From positions 2,816,001-2,880,000 of the forward strand of contig OY759599.1 in the NCBI GenBank assembly GCA_963662465.1: a DNA stretch of 64,000 bases. Direction: 5' to 3'. Origin of the DNA: Desulfatiglandales bacterium. GTDB taxonomy: Bacteria; Desulfobacterota; DSM-4660; Desulfatiglandales; Desulfatiglandaceae. The notes under the pieces are model-generated. The model did not search any database, had not been told where the DNA came from, and saw only the letters and a list, made by a program, of their open reading frames with translations. Shown in pieces: positions 11,567 through 22,786 of this stretch. A program made the position numbers and the translations under genes. Positions within the stretch are counted from its first letter, which is position 1. Each line of letters begins with the position of its first letter.

Positions 11567-12568
11567 CTATTCAAGATGATAGGATTCCAGCTGCAGGCTC
11601 ATTTTCTCAACTGTTCGGTTTTGGGCATACTGGGCCGCCATATGGATGGCATTCCGAATAGCTTTGGCGGAAGATCCCCCATGGCAAACCATTCCCACGC
11701 CTTTTATGCCCAGCAAGGGCGCACCACCGTACTCCTCGTAACTCAATTCCCGTGCAAAGCGAAAAAATGCTTTGCGACTCAAAGCCAAGGCAATTCGGCC
11801 TTTAAACGAACGCATTAGTTCCCTTTTCATCATCCGGGCCATGGACGCTACGATCCCTTCCGTTAATTTAAGGGCCACATTTCCCACAAAGCCGTCGCAC
11901 ACAACAATTTTGACGTCCCCTTTGAGGAAATCCCTGCCTTCGATATTACCGACAAAGTTCAGGGAACTGCTTGCGTTTTTAAATAAATCATACGTACAAC
12001 GCACCAGTTCATTGCCTTTGCCCCCTTCTTCACCAATGTTAAGAAGCGCAATCTCGGGATTGGTCATCTCCAGGCAGGAACAGCCGAAGGCATGGGCCAT
12101 GACGCCGAACTGAAACAGCTGAGCCGGTCGGCAATCCACATTGGCGCCCGCGTCAATCAAAATAATCGGGCCTTTTTCCGTCGGGACAATGCTTGCAATC
12201 GCCGGCCTTTCGACACCTCTAATCCGACCCAGAGCCAGAACGCCCGCAGCCAGGGTCGCACCGGAATTCCCAGCACTGATAACCGCATCGGCTCGGCCTT
12301 CCTTTGCAAGGCCGAACGCCACACGAATAGAACTGTCCTTTTTTTTTCGAAGGGCCTTAAGCGGAGACTCGCCCATTCCCACGACGTCTTCACAGTGATG
12401 AATGGAAACATGACCATTTGCCGCACGAGCATCAAGGAGCCCTGTCAGCACAGTCTCATGCCCCACAAGGATAACGTGGATGCCAAATTTGGAAGCGGCC
12501 TCCAGAGCTCCCTGGACCACCACTTCCGGAGCATCATCTCCACCCATGGCGTCCACAGCAATCTTCAT
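11567..12568 (-). CDS. plsX: Phosphate acyltransferase PlsX
   Basis: IAVDAMGGD, SAGNSGA, CDGFVGN. Confidence 0.96.
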   Translation of the reverse strand: MKIAVDAMGGDDAPEVVVQGALEAASKFGIHVILVGHETVLTGLLDARAANGHVSIHHCEDVVGMGESPLKALRKKKDSSIRVAFGLAKEGRADAVISAGNSGATLAAGVLALGRIRGVERPAIASIVPTEKGPIILIDAGANVDCRPAQLFQFGVMAHAFGCSCLEMTNPEIALLNIGEEGGKGNELVRCTYDLFKNASSSLNFVGNIEGRDFLKGDVKIVVCDGFVGNVALKLTEGIVASMARMMKRELMRSFKGRIALALSRKAFFRFARELSYEEYGGAPLLGIKGVGMVCHGGSSAKAIRNAIHMAAQYAQNRTVEKMSLQLESYHLE

Positions 12569-12570
12569 TG

Positions 12571-12753
12571 TTAGCTCTCTTCAGCTTTAATGATGCTCCT
12601 GCCCTTATAGGCGCCGCATTCCGGGCACACATGATGGGGTAAAACAGGTTCATGACACTGTGGGCAGCTTGTGACGTTAGACAATTTAACGGTGTCGTGG
12701 GTACGCCTTGAATCCCGCTTTGCTTTTGATTTCTTTTTTTTGGGTACAGCCAT
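12571..12753 (-). CDS. rpmF: 50S ribosomal protein L32
   Basis: MAVPKKKKS...CPQC...HHVCPECG. Confidence 0.96.
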   Translation of the reverse strand: MAVPKKKKSKAKRDSRRTHDTVKLSNVTSCPQCHEPVLPHHVCPECGAYKGRSIIKAEES

Positions 12754-12844
12754 AATTTGGGTTTGCTCCGCTTCACCTTCCACTTAAGAAAAAATCGATT
12801 TTCCCGTGGCGGCATAAAGATTAATGGTTAACGCGATCCTAAAT

Positions 12845-13387
12845 TTAAAGTTCTTCCTGAATTTTCAAGGCTTTCAATTTTAAGAAGGCAGGATGTCCGA
12901 CCTTTTCGATGCATTTGCAGATTTCCATATTTAAATTGACGCCGCATCGGGAACAAAATCCCGCGCAGTCTTTCCGACACAAAAGCTTCATGGGCAATGA
13001 CAGATAGATCTGTTCCCGGATAATATCGTTCAGGTCAATTTTTTCGGCTGCAACAAATCCAACCGCCAGATCCTCTTTTTCCAACTCCGTTTCACTCTGA
13101 AGCGGGTCCAAGAGGGCGTCAGGCAAGAGAACCAGTCGAAAATCACGGCTCACGGCAAGGGTATATGCTTCAAGACACCGATCGCAAACGACCCGAAGTC
13201 TTCCCCTTACATGGCCATTCACCGTATAACTGTTATCTTCCCTGGAAACTGAAATCTTTGCATTCAGAGGACCCTCCAAGCCCTGGATCTGCTCATCGTT
13301 ATCGCTCTCCCGCCACCAATCGGGTTGAATCATCAAATCAAAATGGCGAGGGCTCCTTGAAATGCTTTTCAGGTCAACGATCATCAC
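12845..13387 (-). CDS. yceD: YceD/DUF177 family protein
   Basis: CDRCL and LCRKDCAGFCSRCG motifs; conserved position before rpmF. Confidence 0.88.
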   Translation of the reverse strand: MMIVDLKSISRSPRHFDLMIQPDWWRESDNDEQIQGLEGPLNAKISVSREDNSYTVNGHVRGRLRVVCDRCLEAYTLAVSRDFRLVLLPDALLDPLQSETELEKEDLAVGFVAAEKIDLNDIIREQIYLSLPMKLLCRKDCAGFCSRCGVNLNMEICKCIEKVGHPAFLKLKALKIQEEL

Positions 13388-13673
13388 GCCTAAACCTTAA
13401 AAAAAAACAGCACAATAGGATCTTTCCGAATCAAAAGAGGTGAGTATATAAAAACCCCTTGTTTTGTCAAGAAATTTTATCGGTTTCGTTTAAAACAAAA
13501 CACCCCTGAAGTTTTTACAGGGTCCGTTCAAAATTCCAAATTGTTCTTTTTTTATTGACACTTATACCTATTCTTTGTTATCCTTACGAAGTATTTAACA
13601 TTATTTTGGGTCTTCTTTCAAAGACGGGTTGTGCCGTATACCCTAAAAATGGACTGAAGGTCAAGGAGTCTGT

Positions 13674-14741
13674 TTGCCCATGTGGAAATACCGGGAACAA
13701 CTGAGTTATTTTGAAAAACTGAGACGATCCATCTATGAAAATCTCAGAGACGACCTGGAACGTCGTCTGATAAAAATAGCGCTTATCGGTTCCTATAACC
13801 AATTCAGGGAAAATGGCGTCGAATATCGTTTTGTTGAAAAGAGCGAGCTAAAACCAAAATCAAAGAAGATGGAGAAGGAATCCAAATTCTTCAATACATT
13901 TCTGGTTATCATATGTGAAAACGTCATCAGCAATGAACTGAAAAACTATATCCGTTTTTACCCTGAAAACAGCGTGGCAAAAAAAAACCTTGAATATCTA
14001 GCCGATTTCACACTTTACAATAAATTTCATAAAAATCTCAAATATTTTGATTCTCCCAAGAGCATCGATCTTCTGGAAGAACTTCTCGATATCGATTATG
14101 CACTCCTCATACAACAGGACCCGACCGTCAAAACGAAAAACCGATATTCGCTCACGAATTTTCATGTAAAAATAGACTGGCCCATTGCCGATGCCGCCGA
14201 AAACCTGGCCAAAGGCTTACGGTACATTCAAAACAATCTCTACGAAAATGGAGATAAGGACGCCCGTATTCTCCAAAACAAACTGTTTGAATATTATGGC
14301 TGCCACTACAGCGTCGGCGGCAGACGAACCGCGGGGTTGATTGCCGCACAGCTCTTGAGAAAACTGGACGGCATTTGCACGGTGTTTGTATCCAGCTCGG
14401 AATCGAGGACCCTGTATCGATACTCTGAAAGAGGCGTTTCAAAATTTTTTCTAGTGCAACTCACGGAAGAACAACTATCCCCCATTGCCGGGGGCCAGGG
14501 AATCAGTGTGGATTTTTTAAAATCAAACTACCTGCATTCCGAAGAAACAAAATATGTTGCCATCCTGGAAGCAGCCTACAGCCACACGGTTCACTCCAGA
14601 CCGCCAAAGGACGGCAAACTCAGAAAAATAAAACCGGCGTATAACTGGCTCAGGCTTAGAGATGAATTTCTGCTTGCGAAACTGAGTTCCCCTCATGCAA
14701 AGCCGATTCCTTACAGTTGGGTCTACGCCGCGGATGGCTAA
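13674..14741 (+). CDS. Hypothetical protein, co-oriented with gltX
   Basis: 355-aa open frame ending about 30 bp before gltX; no recognised motif. Confidence 0.75.
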   Translation: MPMWKYREQLSYFEKLRRSIYENLRDDLERRLIKIALIGSYNQFRENGVEYRFVEKSELKPKSKKMEKESKFFNTFLVIICENVISNELKNYIRFYPENSVAKKNLEYLADFTLYNKFHKNLKYFDSPKSIDLLEELLDIDYALLIQQDPTVKTKNRYSLTNFHVKIDWPIADAAENLAKGLRYIQNNLYENGDKDARILQNKLFEYYGCHYSVGGRRTAGLIAAQLLRKLDGICTVFVSSSESRTLYRYSERGVSKFFLVQLTEEQLSPIAGGQGISVDFLKSNYLHSEETKYVAILEAAYSHTVHSRPPKDGKLRKIKPAYNWLRLRDEFLLAKLSSPHAKPIPYSWVYAADG

Positions 14742-14772
14742 AAACGATTTAATGGAGGCATTATTTTTTTAA

Positions 14773-16179
14773 ATGGAAAAACCAACCATTGTTACCCGAT
14801 TCCCCCCCAGTCCCACAGGCTATCTTCATATCGGCGGTTCAAGAACGGCCCTTTTCAACTGGCTCTTTACACGACAAAAAGGCGGCAAGTTCATCCTGCG
14901 TATTGAAGATACGGACGAGGAAAGATCGTCTGACGCCGCCACCGAAGCGATCCTGGAATCCATGAAATGGCTGGGGCTCTCATGGGATGAAGGACCCTAC
15001 TTTCAATCCCGACGATACGATCTTTATAACACCGTGATCGACCGATTGCTGGATATGGGGCAGGCCTATCACTGTCATTGTTCGCCGGAAGTGCTGGAAC
15101 AAAAAAGAAATGAAGCCCACGCCAAGGGGTTGAAACCTAAATATGACGGCACATGCCGCGATCTGGGGCTCGGTCCTGCACCCGGATCGGTGGTCCGCCT
15201 CAAAACGCCGAGAACGGGAACAACCGGATTTGACGACCTGGTCAAGGGCCCCATCCGCTTTGAAAACGAGGAATTGGACGATCTCATCATCAAACGATCC
15301 AACGGCAGCCCCACTTATCATCTGGCTGTGGTGGCCGATGATATTGATCTGGGCATCACCTATATCATCCGGGGGGACGACCATGTCAACAACACCCCCC
15401 GACAGATCCTCATTTACAAGGCCCTGGGCGAACCCCTGCCCCAATACGCACACCTGCCCATGATTCTGGGACCCGACAAAGCCCGACTCAGCAAGCGGCA
15501 CGGCGCCATGAGCGTACTGGCCTATCGGGACATGGGCTACCTGCCCCATGCCCTGCTCAATGCCCTTGCACGAGTGGGCTGGTCTTACGGGGACCAGGAA
15601 AAATTTTCAATGGAAGAAATGATCGAAAAATTTTCAATGGACCATGTGGGAAAATCAGCAGGGGTATTCAACACCGAAAAGCTCCTGGATCTCAATGCTT
15701 GGTATATCCGGGAATCTTCGGATGAATTTCTGGTGGAGAGGCTGATCCCCTTTCTCGAAAAACTGGGGATTACTCAGCCGGAGGAGGCCCTTCTAAAAGG
15801 AATCGTGCCACATCTCAAGGCCAGAAGCAAAACGTTGGTTGAAATGGCGGAAGGAGCAAAATTCTGTTTTGATGAAGAAATCAAATACGAGAAAAAGGGC
15901 GATGACAAGTTTTTAAAAAAAGACATGGCTGAATTGCTGAACAGCCTGGCCGATACCCTTTCCGAGACACCGCGATTTGATCAAGAGACCCTTGAAAAGA
16001 CCTTTATATCGTTTTTAGAAGAAAAAGAGATCAAATTAAAGAAAATCGCGCAACCCTTGCGCATTGCATTGACGGGAAAAACCGCCAGCCCCGGGATCTT
16101 TGAAGTGATGCAGGTTCTGGGAAAGGAAACGGTTATCGACCGAATCCGCAAGGCGGTTGACTACATCAACGCCAAGTGA
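14773..16179 (+). CDS. gltX: Glutamate--tRNA ligase
   Basis: RFPPSPTGYLHIGG (HIGH-like) and LSKRH motifs. Confidence 0.97.
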   Translation: MEKPTIVTRFPPSPTGYLHIGGSRTALFNWLFTRQKGGKFILRIEDTDEERSSDAATEAILESMKWLGLSWDEGPYFQSRRYDLYNTVIDRLLDMGQAYHCHCSPEVLEQKRNEAHAKGLKPKYDGTCRDLGLGPAPGSVVRLKTPRTGTTGFDDLVKGPIRFENEELDDLIIKRSNGSPTYHLAVVADDIDLGITYIIRGDDHVNNTPRQILIYKALGEPLPQYAHLPMILGPDKARLSKRHGAMSVLAYRDMGYLPHALLNALARVGWSYGDQEKFSMEEMIEKFSMDHVGKSAGVFNTEKLLDLNAWYIRESSDEFLVERLIPFLEKLGITQPEEALLKGIVPHLKARSKTLVEMAEGAKFCFDEEIKYEKKGDDKFLKKDMAELLNSLADTLSETPRFDQETLEKTFISFLEEKEIKLKKIAQPLRIALTGKTASPGIFEVMQVLGKETVIDRIRKAVDYINAK

Positions 16180-16204
16180 GTTTTTCTTAAAGGCGCTAAA
16201 TTTT

Positions 16205-16399
16205 CGTTCAATAGAGGCAAGGAAAAACATGGAACTTTCCCAAGGTTGCTATGGCACAGGCGTGGGTAACGCCATTGAGTTCGCCAACGCTGAAATGGCT
16301 TTGACCCTGTCAAAAAATGACCTTGTGGACGCCACATACGGATACCTCCAGGACCTTGCTCGCCTGGAACATGCGGTGGAACTGGAGACAGGGTTATGA
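16205..16399 (+). pseudogene. Probable C-terminal remnant of a TolC-family outer-membrane efflux protein
   Basis: ELSQGCYGTGVGNAIEFANAEMALT...YLQDLARLEHAV resembles the last TolC helices; no 5' part. Confidence 0.5.
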
Positions 16400-16965
16400 A
16401 CCTCCGGTCAAGAATTGATATGCCACTATAAGGTCCCCTCTCGTTTTCTCGTTCAGTATTGGGTTCCAAGCATCATTTCGATCCAAAACAATCAATAGCC
16501 GCTTTTTCCACCATTCCGACCTAATACATCGTTGTTGGTTAACGGCTATGTAATCATTTAATGGCTTCCTGGAATGCCGTTGTTTTCTTATGTACAGCCT
16601 ATCATTTTTTATTCTTCAAGGCTGCAAAGAAAAGATGCACGCACATCCGAGAAGCCTGTAGATTAAGTGCCATTCCAACTTTCTCTTTTAATTTTAACCT
16701 TTGTGGGGTTTTATCCCGCACTTGGTTTTTTTGTCAGTGTTAAAGTCGACCCATGGCACTCAAGAAAAACTTATGTTAAAGTGGAACACATGTCAAGATC
16801 GATTTTCATGAAATTTAATCTACCAAAATATTGGGGGAAATATATGCGGGCCTACAAATAAGCCTATAATGCGGGTAACACCCGCAACCCAGCTAATCTG
16901 TTTTGCTTCCGCTGTTATTCATTCGCCATCACAGACTATATGGATTATTCCGGCTGAATATCAGT

Positions 16966-17295
16966 TTATTCAACATTCTTGAGTTGAAGACCTGATCCTG
17001 TCTTTTTGACTTCAAACACCTGACCTTCCTTGATTTCCAAGGTTTCAACAAGCGCTTTTGGGATAACAATAGACCCTCTTGAATTAACACTTACTTTCGT
17101 ATTGACTGGTTTTGAACTTTTAGGTTTCCCCTTAATTTCTGGAGCTATTCCAGATTTCATCAAGGCGTTTGCATAAGCAACTTTCAGTTGAGTTGAGGTC
17201 TTAAAACCAAATCTTTCCATTATTTCTGATTGGTTTGTGTTTTCTTTAATAATTTTAAGTAAAGCGTCATTGTCAATTTCTTTTCTTTTGGTCAC
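16966..17295 (-). CDS. AbrB/MazE/SpoVT-like DNA-binding protein
   Basis: C-terminal VNSRGSIVIPKALVETLEIKEGQVFEV swapped-hairpin pattern. Confidence 0.7.
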   Translation of the reverse strand: MTKRKEIDNDALLKIIKENTNQSEIMERFGFKTSTQLKVAYANALMKSGIAPEIKGKPKSSKPVNTKVSVNSRGSIVIPKALVETLEIKEGQVFEVKKTGSGLQLKNVE

Positions 17296-17668
17296 TGAAC
17301 TTCTCCTTACAACTAAAGCTTTTTCGTTTCATTCTCTTCTTTTCTTTTCTTATTATATAATCGCACATTTTTGATTACATCAATAAAAAAAAACACTACC
17401 ACTATAGCAAATACTCCAAAAAAAAGGTATTTAAACGACATTTTCAATAATCCTAACTTTTACTATGGTATATTTAAAATTTCTATTTTATTCTCTTCCC
17501 TGCCAACTGTCTCAGGAGAGAAACTTGGAATTGAATGGTAAAATTTTTCTAATATTCCTCAAATTGATGTTTTCATTTTTTATACTAGAACCTCAACATT
17601 AATTGTCTTAACGAGTACAAATGCATGGTTGTGTCTTATGCTATGAAAAACAATTTATCTTTTTAAAA

Positions 17669-18358
17669 CTAATCATCCTCACAAAGAGCTTCCCAATCCA
17701 TCCTTTTCTTTGTCTTGTTAACCAGCAACCCCAGATCCTGCAACCGAATGATCATGGCATGTTTGGAAACATTGGAAAATCCACCAGCTTCACACATAGC
17801 GGCGGCGATAAAAGGCCATTGCTCAAGAAAGGGTTCTTCACCAGACCCTCCATTTGCATCATTGATGGAATTCTTGATAATCAAGGGGTCGGGAGCGCAG
17901 ACCTTCTCAAATGCCTCCCGGGTCTCTTTTTCCGGCATCAAAAGACAGGAAGCAAAGTAATCGGCCTGCCATTCTATGGTATCCTTGCTGTTTTTTTTCG
18001 ATACAATGACTTGCATGGAGCCATCTTTTCCTTGAACATTAATATGCTGACGATGCAATACCCAATGCCCTATCTCATGAGCAATGGTAAAAACCAATCG
18101 TCCTTCAGACCCATACTCAAATAGCCTTTCGTTGACACAAATGGTCTTTAATTTGACATAAGTCGCTCCAAGAACATCCCTGGTTCCAAACATCTTGTCA
18201 AGATCATGGTAGATCAGCTTTAACCCTAAATACCGCTCAATAATGTCTTCAACCGGTATAGGGGGTTGGACTTCATATTTTGCTAATAACTGAAAATTAT
18301 TGATCAGCTCAAGGGCCTTTAGAGCGATTTTTTCTTTGGATAGCCAGGGTACTTTCAT
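17669..18358 (-). CDS. ImmA/IrrE-family metallo-endopeptidase
   Basis: RLVFTIAHEIGHWVLH (HExxH) and EWQADYFASCLLMP. Confidence 0.88.
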   Translation of the reverse strand: MKVPWLSKEKIALKALELINNFQLLAKYEVQPPIPVEDIIERYLGLKLIYHDLDKMFGTRDVLGATYVKLKTICVNERLFEYGSEGRLVFTIAHEIGHWVLHRQHINVQGKDGSMQVIVSKKNSKDTIEWQADYFASCLLMPEKETREAFEKVCAPDPLIIKNSINDANGGSGEEPFLEQWPFIAAAMCEAGGFSNVSKHAMIIRLQDLGLLVNKTKKRMDWEALCEDD

Positions 18359-18550
18359 GGTTTATCCCTTTCAAGCTTAGTCAATGCCATCAAGAAAGAC
18401 AGTATAGTTGCCTTTCTTGATGACATCAATCATTTTTGAATCAGTTACAGAGTGAAGATTAGAAATAATTTTTTCATGATGGTCATATTTATATTTAAAA
18501 CTGGCACAAGATCTTGAAGAGACGAAAGATTTATCCAGGAACAATCCCCT

Positions 18551-18886
18551 TTAAAATTTCATTTTACTACTCTCATGGAGTAAGTTCGCCGCAGCCTGGC
18601 CCACAATAAGTCGATGATCATCGCAGGCACAGCATCCATATGGATCATATCTTGTCCGTTCAATTTTCTGCAGGATTCCAGCAGCCCCCCTGTTCCCTTT
18701 CAATAATCCAAATTCATCCCTGATGTGCGGTGCCATGGTCCTGTGAATGGAACTGAGATCAAACCGATTCATCTTTGCAATTCTTGTTTTGTCTTTTAAC
18801 GGCAATTGTGCAATCAGATGGTCTATGGCTCCTTCGATGGTCGTAGGGACATCATTTGGCGGTTTTCTTTCTTGTAAGCCGCTCAT
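18551..18886 (-). pseudogene. DUF6794-like protein, apparently frameshifted in a G6 run (~18685-18690)
   Basis: Alternative frame after the run reads GLLESCRKLNGQDMIHMDAVPAMIIDLLWARL, which fits this family better than the called C-terminus. Confidence 0.5.
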
Positions 18887-19356
18887 ATAGAATATTTCCT
18901 CTTAACAACACCTTCAAGAATCGCCATGACTGGATCGTGGATTCGTGGGTCCTTGCTGGCGCGGGGGCCAGCCACATTTAGAACTGCAATTTCATGTTTA
19001 TAAATCCATACGGTGATAGTTTGAAGCGCTTCTGTTTTCTCTACCTTATCCAGATGAATATGGAAGTACGGTTTCTGATGTTGCTTCGCCAGTTTCCGTG
19101 TCAAAGCCGACCCGCCTGTCAGTTTCCCACGGGAAAAGACCAGGGTACCATCGGAATCCATGATATTTTTTTCTGTCCTCTTGGGATAACTGGCCGTCGG
19201 CATTTCATCCAAGTGATATTTGTCCGGCAGGATGCCGCCTTCCGTCTTCCGGCCCTTCGGAATCCAAACACCGTGGGGGATACCATGTTCAATGGCGAAA
19301 TCAAGAGCCGCTTGGTCGGCACCGGTCTGGCCGCCTGAGATGATTTTCTTGATCAT
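18883..19356 (-). CDS. Putative molybdenum-carrier / SLOG (YpsA-like) family protein
   Basis: KIISGGQTGADQAALD, RTEKNIMDSDGT, LNVAGPRAS. Confidence 0.85.
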   Translation of the reverse strand: MIKKIISGGQTGADQAALDFAIEHGIPHGVWIPKGRKTEGGILPDKYHLDEMPTASYPKRTEKNIMDSDGTLVFSRGKLTGGSALTRKLAKQHQKPYFHIHLDKVEKTEALQTITVWIYKHEIAVLNVAGPRASKDPRIHDPVMAILEGVVKRKYSI

Positions 19357-19435
19357 AATGGATAAAATTACTTTATGTTGTGAGGAAACTCAAGGGTTTG
19401 ATTTGGGCATTTTGTCTTCTGAAAGGATATCAACC

Positions 19436-21233
19436 CAGCAATTCCCGCTTAGATTCTAAAGGCGCTAGGACAGTACCTTTTGGCATTTCCTTTTCGTAAA
19501 GCTTTACGTTGAATGAATAGCCTGAAAAGGCTTTTTTCTCCAATTTTTAAAATAAAACAGGAATTTTTTTGGCAATTCTCAGAAAAAGCTGGACTTTCAG
19601 ATCAACTTGGCCGATGATTACTGCCTATGGGAATCAGAAGCCAAAAAGGAAGAAAAGAGAGAGGCAAGATTGGAGTTCGCAAGCATCTTAATGCAGATGC
19701 AATTTTCAAGCGTCTGCATAAAGATTTTTCTGAAGTCTCTGACTGCCGTGAGGATCCCGATATTACTATTGCGGATGCCTTGATGTCCGGGTTTGCAATG
19801 TTTTCGCTCAAGGAGCCATCGTTGCTTGCCTTTGATGAAAGAAGAAAAACCGATAGTAATCTTGGGAACATATACCATATTGGAAAGATCCCATGTGACA
19901 GTACGATGCGCACCATTCTTGATGAAGTGCTCGCAGAAGAACTTCGGAAACCGTATAGGAATATCTTCTGGGAACTGCAAAGGGGAAAGGTGCTTGAACG
20001 TATGGTATTTTTCGAAGGTTGTTATCTTCTATCTTTGGATGGAACGGGTTTCTTCTCATCGAAGAAACTTTCCTCTGATAGTTGTTTGGTAAAAGTATCG
20101 AAAAAAACCGGCGAAAAAACCTATTATCAGCAGATGTTGGGGGCAGCAATTGTCCATCCGGATTTCAAAGAGGTCATTCCGCTTGCTCCGGAATTCATAG
20201 TCAAGCAGGATGGCCAAAGCAAGAACGACTGTGAGCGTAATGCCGCGAAACGTTTCTTGCAAAAGCTAAAAGAGGAGCATCCCCATCTGCCTATCATTAT
20301 AACAGAGGACGCGTTAAGTTCGAATGCACCCCACATTGAAGAAATACAAAAGCAAAATTTTCATTATATTCTGGGAGTTAAAAAAGGAGATCACCATTTC
20401 TTGTTTAATCACGTCGAACAAGCGCGGATAAATGGTGACGTCACTGAATTCGAATTGGTCGATAAAGAGGATCCGGAAAAAATACATCGTTTCCGATTTA
20501 TTAACCAGGTACCTCTCAATGCCTCTAACAAGAATATGCTGGTTAACTTTCTGGAATATTGGGAAATTATACCGAAAAAAACAAAACATTTTAGTTGGGT
20601 GACAGATTTTTTAATAGGAAAGGACAATGCATACCAGCTAATGCGAGGCGGCCGTGCGAGATGGAAGATCGAAAATGAAACCTTCAATACTCTTAAGAAC
20701 CAAGGATATCATTTTGAACACAACTACGGGCTCGGCAAGAAGAATCTGAGTGTTGTTTTTGCGATGCTCATGATGCTGGCATTCTTGGTGGATCAAACTC
20801 AACAGCTTTGTTGCCCTCTATTTATAGCCGCATGGCATAAACTCGGCTCAAAAAGGGAATTGTGGGAACGGATGAGAGCTTTGTTTAGAGATTTTGAATT
20901 CAAATCGATGAGGATGCTCTATGAAGCCCTCTATTATGGCGTAAAGTTTCAAGCGCCAGTTATTCTATATAACAGTGGTTAAATTTGTCATGCCCAAGTT
21001 CGCATACAAAAATGCTCTCATTAATAAAAAACTGGAGATTCCGGAAATGGATATCTCTGCCCTAACTCGTGCTTTTATGCTCTTACTCTTGTCAAAGAAG
21101 CTCAACCTGCAAGAAATCGAGGGAGGTAATAGTGGATTTAATACAATTTTTCTGAAAAGGATCTGATCTCAGGGTTTGTTTTTGAAATATGTTTTTCAAA
21201 CTCTGTGAGTAAATTCTTGACCGGGAATTGCTG
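19436..21233 (+). mobile_element. Insertion sequence with DDE transposase; no target duplication visible
   Basis: 12-bp terminal inverted repeats CAGCAATTCCCG (19436-19447) / CGGGAATTGCTG (21222-21233). Confidence 0.85.
19627..20982 (+). CDS. DDE transposase (IS4/ISNCY-like)
   Basis: LSLDGT, TEDAL, GRARWKIENETFNTLK motifs. Confidence 0.9.
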   Translation: MGIRSQKGRKERGKIGVRKHLNADAIFKRLHKDFSEVSDCREDPDITIADALMSGFAMFSLKEPSLLAFDERRKTDSNLGNIYHIGKIPCDSTMRTILDEVLAEELRKPYRNIFWELQRGKVLERMVFFEGCYLLSLDGTGFFSSKKLSSDSCLVKVSKKTGEKTYYQQMLGAAIVHPDFKEVIPLAPEFIVKQDGQSKNDCERNAAKRFLQKLKEEHPHLPIIITEDALSSNAPHIEEIQKQNFHYILGVKKGDHHFLFNHVEQARINGDVTEFELVDKEDPEKIHRFRFINQVPLNASNKNMLVNFLEYWEIIPKKTKHFSWVTDFLIGKDNAYQLMRGGRARWKIENETFNTLKNQGYHFEHNYGLGKKNLSVVFAMLMMLAFLVDQTQQLCCPLFIAAWHKLGSKRELWERMRALFRDFEFKSMRMLYEALYYGVKFQAPVILYNSG

Positions 21234-21330
21234 TTCCTGGACAGCTCTTGACCACTTCCTGAATCAAGGAAACGTCTTGGGGGGCAAACTCACGCCCACA
21301 AAATCGGTGATTGTCTCTTGCTCTGTTCAT
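21234..21330 (-). pseudogene. Short N-terminal gene remnant cut by the IS (DUF4338-like)
   Basis: RBS and ATG give MNRARDNHRFCGREF..., ending at the IS terminus. Confidence 0.35.
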
Positions 21331-21542
21331 GGTGTTCCTCCCTCACCATTCTCATATAGCAAGAAACTGAAAGAAGCGTCAGAAAAAAATGACAGCCAAC
21401 AAAAAAACTTTCTTCACTTTTCCACCATCCACTGTCCACGGACGCGAAAACCCGGACATAGCTTTTTACTGAGATGTTATTCTCGAAAAAAACCTCAGCA
21501 ACTTGGTCAGCAGATCACCTAACATGCCATTATTTATCGCTT

Positions 21543-22091
21543 TTATGCGTGATTCAAAAGAGCCGCACCCATATGCAAATGCGGATTATAATGACCAGAT
21601 CGACCATGCGTTTGAACAACAACGATCGTTCCTATTTTCAGTTTCCGCCGAAGAACCGTTCCGACGACATCTTCCGAACATTCGTACCCGCATCTCATAA
21701 AAGCCGATAACAAGCGTCCATCATTTCGAGCCTTATAGAAAACAATTCTCAGTTGCTCGGGAATTGTCAAAACAATATGACGATAATTCATGCCCCCATG
21801 AAGCACCCCACTCACTTGACTGACAAAATCGTCAACATATTTCTTGGCGCAGGATAAACAAAAACACCTCTTGCAACTAAACCCTATCCAACGAACATCA
21901 CCACCACAATAAACACACCGGTGCTCGCTATATCCAGAGCTTTCCTTGCCGCAATCCAGCATCTTCTGAACCGGATCCTCATACTGCGAAGTATCATACC
22001 CTGGATGAAGACGTTTGAATGACTCCCAATGATCGATAAAAATCGTTCGGAAAGTTTCCTTATCAATTTTTTGGCTTGATGGTATATGCAT
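21543..22091 (-). pseudogene. Truncated IS91-family (HUH) transposase
   Basis: Zn-binding CVYC/SCKRCFCLSC, RHIVLTIP, GHYNPHLH, then the frame ends. Confidence 0.85.
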
Positions 22092-22246
22092 AATGTGTCC
22101 TTTTTTGACACATTTGATGCCATTATTGCAACAAGTATTTGATATGCTGGATCAAAAATGGAAATTCCTATGCTTTAAATTTAACCAATAGGATATGTTG
22201 AGGTCAATTCATTTTTCATTAACCTTCAAAAAACGGGAGGTGCACT

Positions 22247-22500
22247 ATGGAACTATTGGAGGCCACGATTTTTTACTGAGAAAAATGTTCAAAGCGAAAC
22301 CCACCGTCTCGTGGGAAATCATCGAGAAAGATGTCATTGACGAAATCATTTTCAGAACAGACAAACAGAGAAATCGTTTGATGCTCGAATTGATGGCCCG
22401 TGGCGGCATGCGCGTTGGTGAGGTGTTGAAATTGACACCGGCCGATGTTAATGACCGAAGGCTGGTTCTCAGGAATCCCAAAAGCGGCATCGCTCTGGAG
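22247..22500 (+). pseudogene. Internally deleted and truncated tyrosine recombinase, same family as 28290-28764
   Basis: FRTDKQRNRLMLELMARGGMRVGEVLKL. Confidence 0.8.
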
Positions 22501-22786
22501 GCTGTGAGAAATAGCAGCGATTGCAGATTAACAGTCAGAATCAACATTTCTGCATTTAATTAAATGAAAATACTTAAAATATAAATGGAGTAAGTCTGAT
22601 TTTTAAAAGTTTGACAAGTTTATATTTAATTGTTTAGAATGTGTTTTTCATATATTCCCTTGACACCAAATAAAGATATCGCCTATATTTGCTCACCCAA
22701 AAAATGCTCCTTTGTTTACAGCGTCAAGGACGCTTTCTGGTCTATTCTATGACTATGCAACAGCTATAAATCCCTGGAGGATTACC

